From positions 285,882,001-285,946,000 of the forward strand of contig OZ024740.1 in the NCBI GenBank assembly GCA_964016885.1: a stretch of 64,000 nt of DNA, read 5' to 3'. The stretch is from Eledone cirrhosa. Taxonomy: Eukaryota. Made by a program: the position numbers and the translations under genes. Position 1 is the stretch's first letter. Each line of letters starts with the position of its first letter. Under the pieces are notes generated by a model, which worked only from the letters and a program-made list of their open reading frames with translations, made no database searches and had not been told where the DNA came from. This document shows, piece after piece, positions 52,398 through 64,000 of this stretch.

Positions 52398-53451
52398 TGG
52401 ACTTTTCATGTTTCTTTATACCTGACACAACTCAGTAGCTTGATGTGTGGAAATCAGTACCTTAAGAAAAAAAAAATAAGGGTTGGCATCAAGAAGGACA
52501 TCTACTACCTCAAACATTCTCATTTAACCCATGCTAGTATGAAAATAATGGACATAAAAATGATGCTGATGACAGTAATGCTGTTGATAGACATTTTTTT
52601 TTAGTTTTGAATATATCAAGAGTTGTGTTTTTTTTTTTCTATCTTTTTACTGAATCAATAAAATACATATCAGTAGGCATCAATTGGGATGACTAATCAA
52701 GAACTAGACCCTATCATGCCTGTTCAGTCTGTCACTTAGCTCCACTTCCATTCCTAATTCCACAAAATCTACTACAAAGTATCAGCTTCAATCACTTAAA
52801 AATTAATATCAAATCAGAGTTGATATCACGCTTTTTTGAAGAGAAAGGGTAGGGAAGGATATAATCTGTTGCTCTGGTATTGATATACAATTTGAGGAAC
52901 TTCTTTGAATCCAATTAATTTTTTTTAAAAATATCTTATCTCTCTCCAATAATTTTAAAGTTATTAAATCAAGATAAACGCCCTTTGAGTGAAAATACAC
53001 GAATAATTGAATCATTTCATTCCTCATCTAAATTGAGTAAGTCAGCTGAAGAGAAAAGAGATGGTAGTGGGGGTATGTATTTTTTGCTAAAAGCGGAAAT
53101 TACCCCCTTTCCTTTGGTGAAGTGACACAGAAAGAGGAATATTGGAAAATTCATCTCATGCTTGGTTTGTTGCACTGATGTGGACTGATTAATTAATGAA
53201 AGTAGGGGCTTCCAAAAAGCCTTCTACACTCTTCTTGGCTCTCCCATTTTAAAATAGTGTGGCTTTCTATTAAGATGATACAGTGATCGATAAAATATGA
53301 AGTGAACATCAATGTAATCCTGTAAACCCTATCTTAATGTTTAATTTTAGCTGTCTGCTGCTTAGGCAGTAGAATAGCACTCACTATATTACATGCATTG
53401 TTACATATTTTGCCTTGTAGAATTTCTCATGGAATTACATAGATTATTTAG

Positions 53452-53600
53452 GACCAGGCATGGCTGTGTAAAGAAGTTCACTTCACAACCATGTGGTTTC
53501 AAGATTGATTCTATTGTATGGCATCTTGGGTAAGTGCTTTTGGTCAACCAATGTCTTGTGAGGGAATTTGGTAGATAGAAAACATAAGAAAGCCCATTAT
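53452..53600 (+). mobile_element. SINE family C (GGCATGGCTGTG head; other copies near 4920, 14350, 14820, 17060, 19180, 43645, 56263, 59660, 62810)
   Basis: CTTGGGTAAGTG..CCTTGTGAG.GAATTTGGTAGA.GGAAAC motif recurs. Confidence 0.7.
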
Positions 53601-53633
53601 GTGTATGTATTGTTAGCATCATTTTATGTTCAC

Positions 53634-53681
<48 letters not shown>

Positions 53682-53805
53682 CAAGAGAAACCACAAACCA
53701 TCCATCTCAATTTTACTTTTGAAAAGCATAAGAACTGTGAGACCGGTCAAGGAAATAAACAAATATTAAAAAAAAAGGCTCCAGCTGCATTTTCAATTTC
53801 TTTTC

Positions 53806-53845
<40 letters not shown>

Positions 53846-53847
53846 TT

Positions 53848-54062
53848 AAGGCATGTGACTGAGTGGTTAGAGAACTGGATTCACAATCGTGAGCTTGTCA
53901 GTTCGATTCCTGGACCGGGCGATGCGTTATGTCCTTGAGCAAGACACTTTATTTCACGTTGCTCCTTCTACCTGGAGTTGTGACCGATAGATAGTATTAG
54001 CAATTGGAAAGACCAACGGAAACATTGTTTCCTCGGTCCGATTTGACGTAAGTCGATCGACA

Positions 54063-54109
<47 letters not shown>

Positions 54110-54188
54110 TCCATATGATATATATCAGTTCCCGTCCCACCCTTGCAAGCAGGGAGAAGCGGACGTAAAATGAAATGATGGTGATGAT
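53848..54188 (+). mobile_element. SINE family B head and RTE-type tail with internal microsatellite
   Basis: GTTCGATTCC B box, GTCCTTGAGCAAGACAC, tail CCCACCCTTGCAAGCAGGG. Confidence 0.7.
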
Positions 54189-54242
54189 TATATATATATA
54201 TATATATATACATTCCATTGCCCAGATGGTTCAATAGAAATA

Positions 54243-54821
54243 GTGGACACCTTCCGTTACCTGGGTGACAAAATCAGCAGTGGGGGAGGGTGCTCTGAAA
54301 GTACAGTAGCTAGAGTCAGAACGGGATGGAAAAAGTTCAGAGAGCTTATACCACTATTAGCCGCTAAAGGTTTCTCTCTAAAAATGAAAGGCAGGCTGTA
54401 TGATGCCTGCATACGAACAGCAATGTTACATGGCAGTGAGACATGTGCATTGCGTGCAGAGGATCTACGCAGACTGGAGAGGAACGAAGCTTGCATGCTC
54501 CGTTGGGTATGTAATAGTAATATATGTGAACGGCAAAGTATAAATGAACTAAGTGAGAAATTAGGAATAAGAGGGATCAGATGCTGTTTACTCGAGAGAA
54601 GACTACGTTGGTACGGTCACGTGATGCGCATGAAAGACAACAGCTGTATAAAAAAGTGCAGGGCGATCCAAATAGACGGTAGCCACGGAGTAGGCAGACC
54701 CAGAAAAACCTGGGACGACTTGATAAATTCCGACCTTACTCACTTACACTTCTCCAAGACAATGTCACTGGACCGGGATCTTTGGCGCCACGCAATAATA
54801 CAGAAGACCCGCCTTGTCTAA
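54243..54821 (+). pseudogene. 5'-truncated RTE-clade LINE ORF (post-RT C-terminal region), open for 192 codons
   Basis: FRYLG..ARVRTGWKKFREL..KGRLY.AC.R.AMLHGSET..RRLRWYGHVMR..GRPRKTW; 3'UTR and tail continue to about 55205. Confidence 0.9.
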
Positions 54822-56163
54822 GTACAAAGCGAAACCTACAGTCAGTAGGCACCTCTTGACCAAAATACACCCCCGTCCCACTACCCCTACCCCCACCCGA
54901 TCCACACCACCCCTTTCGGTGTAAAGTTATGTTGGTACCACAACATCCAGTCCTAAATTAATGAGGTCGTGTAGGTGTCACGACAAAAAAAACACTCAGT
55001 CCACGCTGTAATGTGGGCCGTGTAGGTAACAGGGTAAAAACCTCCTAGTCCACACTAAACTTGGTTGGTGTTAGGAAGGGCATCCAGCCGTAGAAAACCT
55101 GCCAGACAGTCTTACTTGAGCAAGACAACCAATCTTGCCTCAAGTGGGATAATTCCCGTCTAAACCCATGCTAGCGTGGAAGATAGACGTTAAACGATGA
55201 TGATGATATATATATCAACCATAATAATAATTGACTTATGTGTTTGTATATTAATATATATCAACAATATTTAAAACAGCTGGTGACATTTGTTTATGTC
55301 CCGCATAATACAGCCCACAACATATGCAGAATATACCATACTTATAAAATAAAGTATAGGTTAGCAACTGGGAGAACATCTGGCAATAGAAAAACTGCCT
55401 TTAAATGTTTCATCCAACCAATACCAGCACTGAAAAGCAGGCATAAATATGATGATTGCATCATGTATTTCTGGAAGTTATTTTACAATATTTAATTCTA
55501 TCATTGTAAAATATAAAAATTACTATGAATTGTTTGCAATATAGCTTAGAATTTCTTTTCTCTCTTGCCTGATCCCCATTCCTACTCAACTTCTTCAACC
55601 CCAAAAGTTGACATTGCTTATGAGCATATTAAAAGTCAAACCTCATTCTTGATGTGCTTAGAATCTTCATAAGATATATGTAGGTACCATATTTTATTAT
55701 ATATAAGGCTCAGAGGCATAAAAACCCCCTCCCTCCCAATTCAGCAGGGAATATTAATGAGAACAAATGTTTGTGCTATTGCTGGTAAGCATCTAAATGT
55801 TATTAAAACATGTAACTATAGTATGGCAGAGACAAAACAAAAACATGCAACAGCAGGGAAAAAACTTAACATTTTTTATACTAAACCAGCTGAAACTGGC
55901 CCTAGTTCTATACTGTAAAATTACTTATTCTAAAGTGTTTATATTTACCTAAAATCCTTTATGAAAAATACTTTGTAAAGTTATGCTCCAAACAGCAGAT
56001 AAATAATATACTAGTATAACCTTTTTAAAAAAAAAACAACATATCATCATCATTTTACGTCCTCTTTTCCCTGCTTATATATATCCATATGTGGTTGATG
56101 GCTGAGAGAAAAAGAGTACTCAATACAGAAGTAGAGTTTTAATATTCATTTTATTCCCCCTGT

Positions 56164-56212
56164 TCTTGTCTGATACCCTGTGATAAGCAGGCGAAACTCC
56201 AGAGTAACAAGA
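56164..56212 (+). ncRNA. Degenerate type-I hammerhead ribozyme
   Basis: UCUUGU-CUGAUAC-CCUG..CAGG-C-GAAA-CUC(ca)GAG-UA-ACAAGA; three helices intact, core mutated. Confidence 0.5.
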
Positions 56213-57500
56213 CTCTATTTAGCCTTAAAAAAAACAACAACAAAAAAACACATGCACGTGCACTTTTGCAGTTTCCATCTATCAAATTCCACTCACAAGA
56301 CATTGTGGTCAACTTGAGGCTATAGTAGAAAACATTTGCCAAAGGTGCCATGCAGCATGACTAAACCCAGAAACACATGGTTGTGAAGTGAACTCCTTAA
56401 CCACACAGCCATGTCTGCAACTAATATTTAATATAAATCAAACATTGTCCCTCCTCATTTCAATAATTTAATATTTAAATTTCATTTATTATTGATTTAC
56501 TTAAGCTTCCCGGCTTGTTCCACATTTTACAGCTTTACAAATAATCAAAATAATTTGCCTTTAAAATTATATGTATCGGTATGATAGAAAATCTAATTCT
56601 TTCACTTAACACATTTATTAATGATTAAGATGGAAAAGGAATAAAGAAATAAGTTCTCTAAGAAAATATTGAAATCCAGTTAACCTCTCTTTTCCCCCTC
56701 TCTCTATTATATATAAACACACACACACACACACACACTGCTCTCTGTCTATATATCTATCTAATTTCCTTACCAAATATTTTAAGCTTGATGAAGTTTG
56801 TAACAGGAGATATCAGTGGAGATATCTTTGAGAGTGATTCTTTTGTTATGTCTGCAGTTTGTATCCATTCATGAAAATATTGATCAGAAATTCAATAGAA
56901 TGGATATTCTCATCTTGCTGTTTATTCTGTGTGTGTGTTTCATTTCTAAGCTTTCTCCCTACAGGTTTAATTGTCCATTTGATGGTCTTCTAAAGTAGTT
57001 TGCTGGAAAATGTTAATAATGAGAAATAATTTATGATTAAACTCCTTTTTAAGAGGCATTTAGAAATATTTCAGTTACTTTTCCTATCCAAACATTTTCT
57101 TTCTTTCTTTCTCTGTGTTTTTCTTTTTCACTTCACCACCAGTATTTCTCACTCTACCTTTTTCACTTCATCACTCTCACTCTCTCTCTCTCTTTCCATA
57201 TTCTGCTGGGGTTTTTTTTCCTTCTGTTTATTTGTATATTTTTCCATTTATCTTACTCCACCCCACCCTCCAATGAAAACATTTTTTTCCTTTTCTTCAC
57301 TCTTAACGTTAAAACATTCTATATTCAAACTGGCATATTTTTGGTTATTAAAAACTGCATGTCCACTTAGGTGGGAGAGGGAAAGTCTACTTGACAAGAT
57401 AAAGTGACTCAGTGTTATTAATTATATGTTTTAGACAGGTATATTATCTCGGATTTAATATCACAGTATTAACAAATTATAAAAAAAATAAACAAAACAA

Positions 57501-57542
57501 AACCAACCAACCAACCAACCAACCAACCAACCAACCAACCAA
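57501..57542. repeat. (ACCA)n tetranucleotide repeat
   Basis: Directly visible. Confidence 0.9.
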
Positions 57543-60043
57543 ACATTTGTTGGAAGTTCATATTCAATTAAATACTGTTTCACTATGAATGAATTGAATC
57601 CTTCAACAACATTGTTTTTTAATCAAAGTTGAATTGCATGCAGCTTTTATCAAAGAATTCAATATGTGTAAGCTTAACTGTTGCCTTCAGTTAGACAATT
57701 GTTGCTAGAATCTAACTAACAATCACTGTTGTCAGATTGGGCTACAAATAGGAGATTATGCTGTATTTCAATAGTGCACGCTACTATTTTCATGTTAGCT
57801 GACTTGTTACTTCAAAGTTTTAATATTCATAAGTAAGAATCCTATTGAATATCATATTTAATTATCACCTATGTAAATTAGAACTGACATAGAAATGAGT
57901 ATTTTATACACACACACGTATATACATATACACACACACACACATATATATACACACACACACATATAATGTCAATTTTCCCTGCTAGCTAGGATTAGAG
58001 GTGTCAATACTGGAGGTATTGGGGCATCTCACTTACTCTGTAGAGTGTACTGGGTGCATTTTATTGTAGCCCCAGCACTATGGAGGTTGTTATATTTTTG
58101 ACACAACTAAAGAGTCCACATAACCATTTGTTTATATATATATATATATATATATTTGATATATGATCAAAATTTTCATTTTGAACTACTTTCTGATGCA
58201 GCCTATTATTTTTTTTTTAGCTCTTTTGATATCAAACTGCCTGAAGTCACAAACTGTTTATTTTAATGTTTATTTTTATCAAAAAACCTTCCACCATAAT
58301 TCTATGTAAGAACATTTAAGTTATGTTCTGTTCCAAACACCTGCAAAATAACGAGAAAGTTAGTTATATTACTAAATCTTTCCCAAATCTTGATTAATTT
58401 CAATAGGAATTGAAAATTATAGCCAGTGTATTTCATTAGACATATAGTAATTAATACCCTGGAGTTGCACCTTAAATTGTTAGAAAATTGGTTGTATATA
58501 AAATATTTTATAAGTTTTCAAGTTGTTTTAAAAGAATGTTTGCTTAATTTTAGCTGTCTTTACTTACTATCTTAGACTGCACTTAAATTAACTTATACAA
58601 GCCTAACTCATTGAATTTACAAACAAATAAATTAGATTTGTTGTCAAGTAGGTAGAAATACCTTATTAGATAAACACAGATGGAATAATTCTAGATACTA
58701 TGTAAGGAATGAGAAATATTTGTTAAACAATCTCTTGAATTTCTGCAGTTTAATTGTAAATTTGTCGGTAGGGAAATCTAATCAGGCAAGGGATTCATTC
58801 CTATGACTGGCAGGTTTTCAAAACAATTGAGTAAATTTGCTAAATTTGGGGGTAACAAAAAATTAGAATAATAAAGGAGTAAATTTAGTGTTTTCATTTG
58901 TCCTGAATAAGAATAGAATTTTGAATTACCAGGGAAGACTTATAAAATGTATGTTTAGTTACTGAAAATGTAATTGATATCATTGTCACCATCATCACAA
59001 TTATTACGACTCTTCCATCTTGGCATGGATTGGTCAGGATTTTTTAGACAATATTTCAAGGTCAGATGCCCTTCCTGGAGTCTAAAATAAATATTGTATG
59101 GAAAAGGTCATTGTTTTAGTAGCCTATTAAACATCTATCTATTTTTATCTTTAATGTCAATTCCGGCTTAAGTTGGGCAGATTTTGTTATTTGTGTTTCC
59201 TTTAAGCTAATCATTCTTTCATTGGCAAATGTTTTTTGCTTAACACATGTGAAATATGACTAAATCTTCTTAAGTAGATTGTGGAATGACATGAACCTCA
59301 GTATACACTGTAAATATGGTTGGCATTAGGAAGGGCATCAAACTGTAGAAACTAAGCCAGAAACAGTTCTGTATGAACAAGACATGGTCACTTGATCTAA
59401 CTTGCCACAAATGGAACAGTTCATCTAACCCATGCTAGCATGGGAAAATGGACATTAAGCTTTGGTGATGATGATTATGATGATTAGTTTTGATAATGGA
59501 TATTTCAGTTGTTCAACTGAAATGCTAATGACGTTATTGTCCTGAACATTTCACAGATAAATATATCCTTTAAAGTAATTCTTTGGGGGATTCAACATGA
59601 TAGTGTTTGTGATGAAGCTGACTGTTAGAATCACAGGTACAGTCCATTTGATAGATTTCTAAACAGTTTTTTATCTTCTCAATTTCACTTACAAGGCTTG
59701 GGTCGACCTGAGGCTATGGTAAAAGCCACTTACCCAAGATGACTTGCAATAGGATTGACCCCAGGAGCTTATGATTTCAAAGAAAACTTCTTAATCATTC
59801 AACTATGTTGCATACACAAGTAGATTGCACTGCTTAATGCATGCTTATACATAATAACTTAACCATTTAGCATATACGTTACTCTATATATACTATTGCA
59901 TTTTTGTGGTAAAGGCTTTATCTTATATTAGTAGGAGTGACTGGTTACAGCCAGTTTGAACTGAAAGAGGTGAGAGATTTCTGGCCAGATACGGCCAGTT
60001 TAAATGTTAAAGGGTTAATACATAAAACCAACATAACTGCATT

Positions 60044-60093
60044 AGCAAAATAGCACTTTGACTACATCAGCAAAATAGCACTTTGACTACATC
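60044..60093. repeat. 25-bp perfect tandem duplication
   Basis: AGCAAAATAGCACTTTGACTACATC twice. Confidence 0.9.
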
Positions 60094-60490
60094 ACATTAA
60101 ACATTTAATTCTTTACACTAATACTGCAAATTTTCTCAACTGTTTGACCACTAGTAAAGATACTATAGATATTTGAATTAACAAACTCATTTTTAGATAT
60201 CTTCTACTAAATGATTGCTGGTTGTTAAGAGTTAAATAACAAATGTTATGTGTTGGTTTTAATTTAAAACAAACAAACAAACAAACAACTGAACTAATTA
60301 ACAAATACAGTTTAATATACCAGTTGATTAAATTTCATTGCACAGAGTACTAATGTCTTATAATTGATTGCTTAGGAATTTAGTTAGATCCAGGATTTTA
60401 ATGTTTGGTACCAATATTTTCTAAGATAGTTTTGAAATACACTACATATGTGTTTCAATTAATTTTGAAAATAATCAAATATTTGGAAGA

Positions 60491-60736
60491 ATTTAATCAA
60501 ATAACGAATTCTTTCATTAATAAGCTGATATTTAGAAAACATTTCTTAAATAAAATTATGATGGAAGGATTTATTGTGAGTATAAACATTTTAAAATAAG
60601 CAGTTTTGTATGTTCATACAAAACTGCTTATTTTAAAATGTTTATACTCACAATAAATCCTTCCATCATAATTTTATTTAAGAAATGTTTTCTAAATATC
60701 AGCTTATTAATGAAAGAATTCGTTATTTGATTAAAT
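60491..60736. repeat. Perfect palindrome, 122-bp arms, 2-nt spacer
   Basis: 60491-60612 is the exact reverse complement of 60615-60736 by manual check. Confidence 0.95.
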
Positions 60737-62064
60737 GCATGCATACAGTGTGCTATCATAATTTAAGAGGTTGTTCATATAAAGCAGAGAGACTTATTTA
60801 AGATATTGAGTGAGCTTAGAATTAAAAAAAGAAATTGCTCTTTGAATGGCAAAATGTGCTGCTGTTACCCTGTGTTAATTATGTCTTATATTAAACTTAT
60901 TTTATTACCATATTTATAATGAAAGGCACTGCCTGTGATTTTCAAATAATTTGAAAATAATTCAGATTTTGGGGGAATTTAATAAAATAACTAAATTTTT
61001 CATTAGTAAGAATATTACTTAAACTCTTTTCTCCCTGGCAGCCATGTTTGATTGCTAAAATGAAATTGTGATGCAAGTTTTTAAGATAAGGATAAACTTT
61101 TTCAAATGAGCAGTTTTGTATCATAACTCTAGGTCTAATTTCAGTTAGTTTGGCATTAAAAAGGTTACACTTAAGGTGCCTTTTGTTTTTTAAATACCTA
61201 TCTAAGATTTTGGGATGAGCTTAGAATTAAAGATCATAAGAAATTGCTCTTGGAATACCATACAATTGTGGCACTAAGGAAATGTTGTAAGAGTAAATTA
61301 GGAAAGAAAACAAAATCAAAACACACCTTCCCCTGTGCTATTTCTCAAATAAGGTGAGCAGTAACTTAGAGCTTGGATGTTGAGGCCAGTTATGGTTATT
61401 GATATCTACAAATAGAGCAAAATGGTTAGAATTGATTGTATAAATAGTGTAAGTAATTATCTAACTGATGAACTGAGTGATGGTGTTGGTGGTGGTGTTG
61501 GTGATGGTGGTGATGGCTCTTGTGTGATAGTTCTGATTGTGGTTACATGGTGGTGGTAGCAGTAACAGTGATGTATGTGTGTGTCTATGTCTAAATAAGA
61601 ATGTTTCTGTATGAATGCATGTCTGAACATCAGCCTTATATTTCTATATACTATTGTTAATAAGTATGTTGTGTGTATATAGGAGTCTGTCTATAAAACT
61701 ATTAATATTTGCCATGACCTCACCACCTTATTACGGAATACATTTAAAATGTCTTCTTTATTCATTTAGATGGATTAAATAGGGGAAAAAATAGTAAGTA
61801 ATATAGCTTATTAGGTTTTCCAATAGTTTTGGACAGTTCTAGAAACTATTCAACCATTTCTCTCTCTCTTTATATATTTTTGTGTGTGTGTGAAGAATAA
61901 TGTCTGGGTGATTAATGAAATGTTGCCAAAATATAGATGATAAAGTGTTTAGAACATTTATACAATCTAGATGTGTGTGTGTATCAACTATATTGTCCAT
62001 CATGTTTTTCTATTCTTTAAGTATGTGTATGTATTGTAACATTTCATTGTACATGTTGTCTAAT

Positions 62065-62142
62065 GTGTGTGTATGTATATATATATATATATTATATGTA
62101 CATTATACATACATATATATATATATATATTATATGTACATT

Positions 62143-62174
<32 letters not shown>

Positions 62175-62300
62175 GTACATATATATGTATATATATATGT
62201 ACATATATATGTATATGTACATATATATGTATATATATACATGTATATATATATATATATGTGTATGTGTATTTATATCTATATATATATATGTATTGCG
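62065..62300. repeat. (TA)n compound microsatellite
   Basis: Directly visible. Confidence 0.9.
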
Positions 62301-63061
62301 ACAATACTATGTGTGTATGCTGTATAAATATGTAATAAATTGCTTTTATATTTGCACACATAATATGCTACAAAATATCTCTGTTTGAAAAGTGTTGTTA
62401 TAAATCATAATTATGATTTACGGTTTTTATACATTGTCAGAATTGTTAGAGCATCAGACAAAATGGTTTGCAATATTTGTTCTGCCCTTTACGTTCTGAG
62501 TTCAAATCTTGCCAACATCAATTTTGCCATTGATCTTCAATAAAATAATAAGTACTAGTCAAATATTAGGATTAATTTAATCAACTAATGCCTCCTCTCA
62601 GGTTTCTGGTCATATGTTAATATAAGAAATGGTTAACCTTTTGATATCAATTTGCTTTGAACCACACCTGGTTCAATGTTACAAAACTGTTGATTTTAAA
62701 GTGTTTATATTTATATAAAAACCTTCAATCATAATTTTATGTAAAAAAGTTAATTTTCAAACACCGGCTTAATAATTGTTTCAGATTTAGGCACAGGGCT
62801 AACAGTTTAGCTCAAGGCTATAGTAGCAGACACTTGCCTAACGTGCCACTGAGTGGGAATGATCCAAAAAGCATGCGTTTATGAAGCAAACTCCTTACTT
62901 AACCATACAACCATGCCTATTATGCTAGACAAAATACTTTGAACATACGTTATAAAAAATGTCATATTTTGTAACATATGGATTAAAATACCAATAAATG
63001 GACTCTCTTTCTCTCTAACCCCCCCCCCCTCTCAGTAGCTGTGATATTTTATATTTTTCAG

Positions 63062-63117
63062 ATGTAAATTCTAAATTTCATTTCCTATTGACATGACAGC
63101 TGAGAGGGGAGAAAGAG
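63062..63117 (+). other. Candidate 56-nt exon containing an ATG
   Basis: attttatatttttcag|ATG...GAAAGAG|gtgagg; ATG at 63093 gives MTAERGER. Confidence 0.3.
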
Positions 63118-64000
63118 GTGAGGGGGTGGTAGGAAGAAATGTTGAACATTCAACACATTTTTCTAGGTCAATAAAGTTATTTGAAAGTAATTTCATGCAG
63201 GCACACTATAACATGCCTGCACTATTTATATGTCAGTGTTGTTTTCTGGAATATGGAATAAAATCATGGTATCTATTATTTTTGCAGTTTGAGTAATTGA
63301 CTCTTGTTGCCATGTATAGATTAAAATAAATAAAATGCAAAATAAACCATGTGTTTGTTTGAGCAAAGTATAGTCCCCAGACCCATCTAGAATGACAGTA
63401 ACTCTGAATAAAGGTTTGATCTGTAGTGACCCATCAAGGCAGTGCAAATCATGTACAGATATGCAGTTAGCACTGTGAGAGCTAGCAATTTAGTTCAGCA
63501 AGAAATTTAGCATGCACGAAAGCCTCCCTTGTGCTGGTACGATGATAAAATGCACCGAGTGTACACTGTAAAGTGGTTGGTGTTAAGGATGGTATCCAGT
63601 TGTAGAAACCATATCATACAAAGGGTTGAGAGGATGTTTCAGTTGTCAAGGACATGGCAATTGCTTTAGTGCTGGTGCCACAATAAAATGCATTTGGTAC
63701 AGTCTGTAATGTGGATGGTGATAGGAATGCATCCAGTTGTAAAAACCATGCCAAAACCAGAATATATGTAAGCAAGATTTGGCTCCTAGACTGTCTTGGA
63801 GGGAAATAGCTCTGATAAAGTACTGATTTGGTTTGTGATGACTCATCCAAGCTGTGCTAGCATGAAACAAAATGGATGTTAATGATGACTATGATGTAAG
63901 CATACACCACAGCTCAGCCTCCTCCAGTTTATGATAGTTCTCCTGACCATAACAGAAGGGCTCAAGACCGGCTGTCCATGCAAACTCCTGTATGTGGATG

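Noticed and set aside
54243-54821. Host gene or domesticated ORF
   Set aside because: 5'-truncated RTE C-terminus without the RT catalytic core, starting at a GTG, followed by a normal element tail
56945-56970. Acceptor tttctccctacag|GTTTAA as a third recursive site
   Set aside because: GTTTAA is a poor donor and no downstream donor is evident

Overview
Eukaryotic, very AT-rich, repeat-dense genomic DNA with no recognisable intact protein-coding exon. Most ORFs in the supplied track are translated (TA)n/(CA)n microsatellites or decayed repeats. The repeat content points by inference to an octopod cephalopod, in a long intronic or 5'-UTR region. It includes tRNA-derived SINEs with the Meta-type domain GCCTTTCATCCT..GGGGTCGATAAAAT, SINEs with a (TGA)n RTE-type tail, RTE/CR1/Zenon/Penelope fragments, and TTAA-, TA- and 8-bp-TSD MITEs. 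A CpG-retaining, promoter-like block lies at about 39.4-43.3 kb. The most notable signals are: (i) + strand AG|GT recursive-splice or microexon architectures at 17.8 and 45.2 kb; (ii) a minimal type-I hammerhead ribozyme in a Penelope relic at 7.9 kb and a decayed one at 56.2 kb; (iii) several long fold-back structures, including a perfect 122-bp-arm palindrome, that would form dsRNA (ADAR substrates) if transcribed; (iv) two different hAT MITEs at the identical site in two copies of one host transposon. No prokaryotic-type system (CRISPR, operon) is present. All calls were made by eye, and repeat boundaries are approximate.
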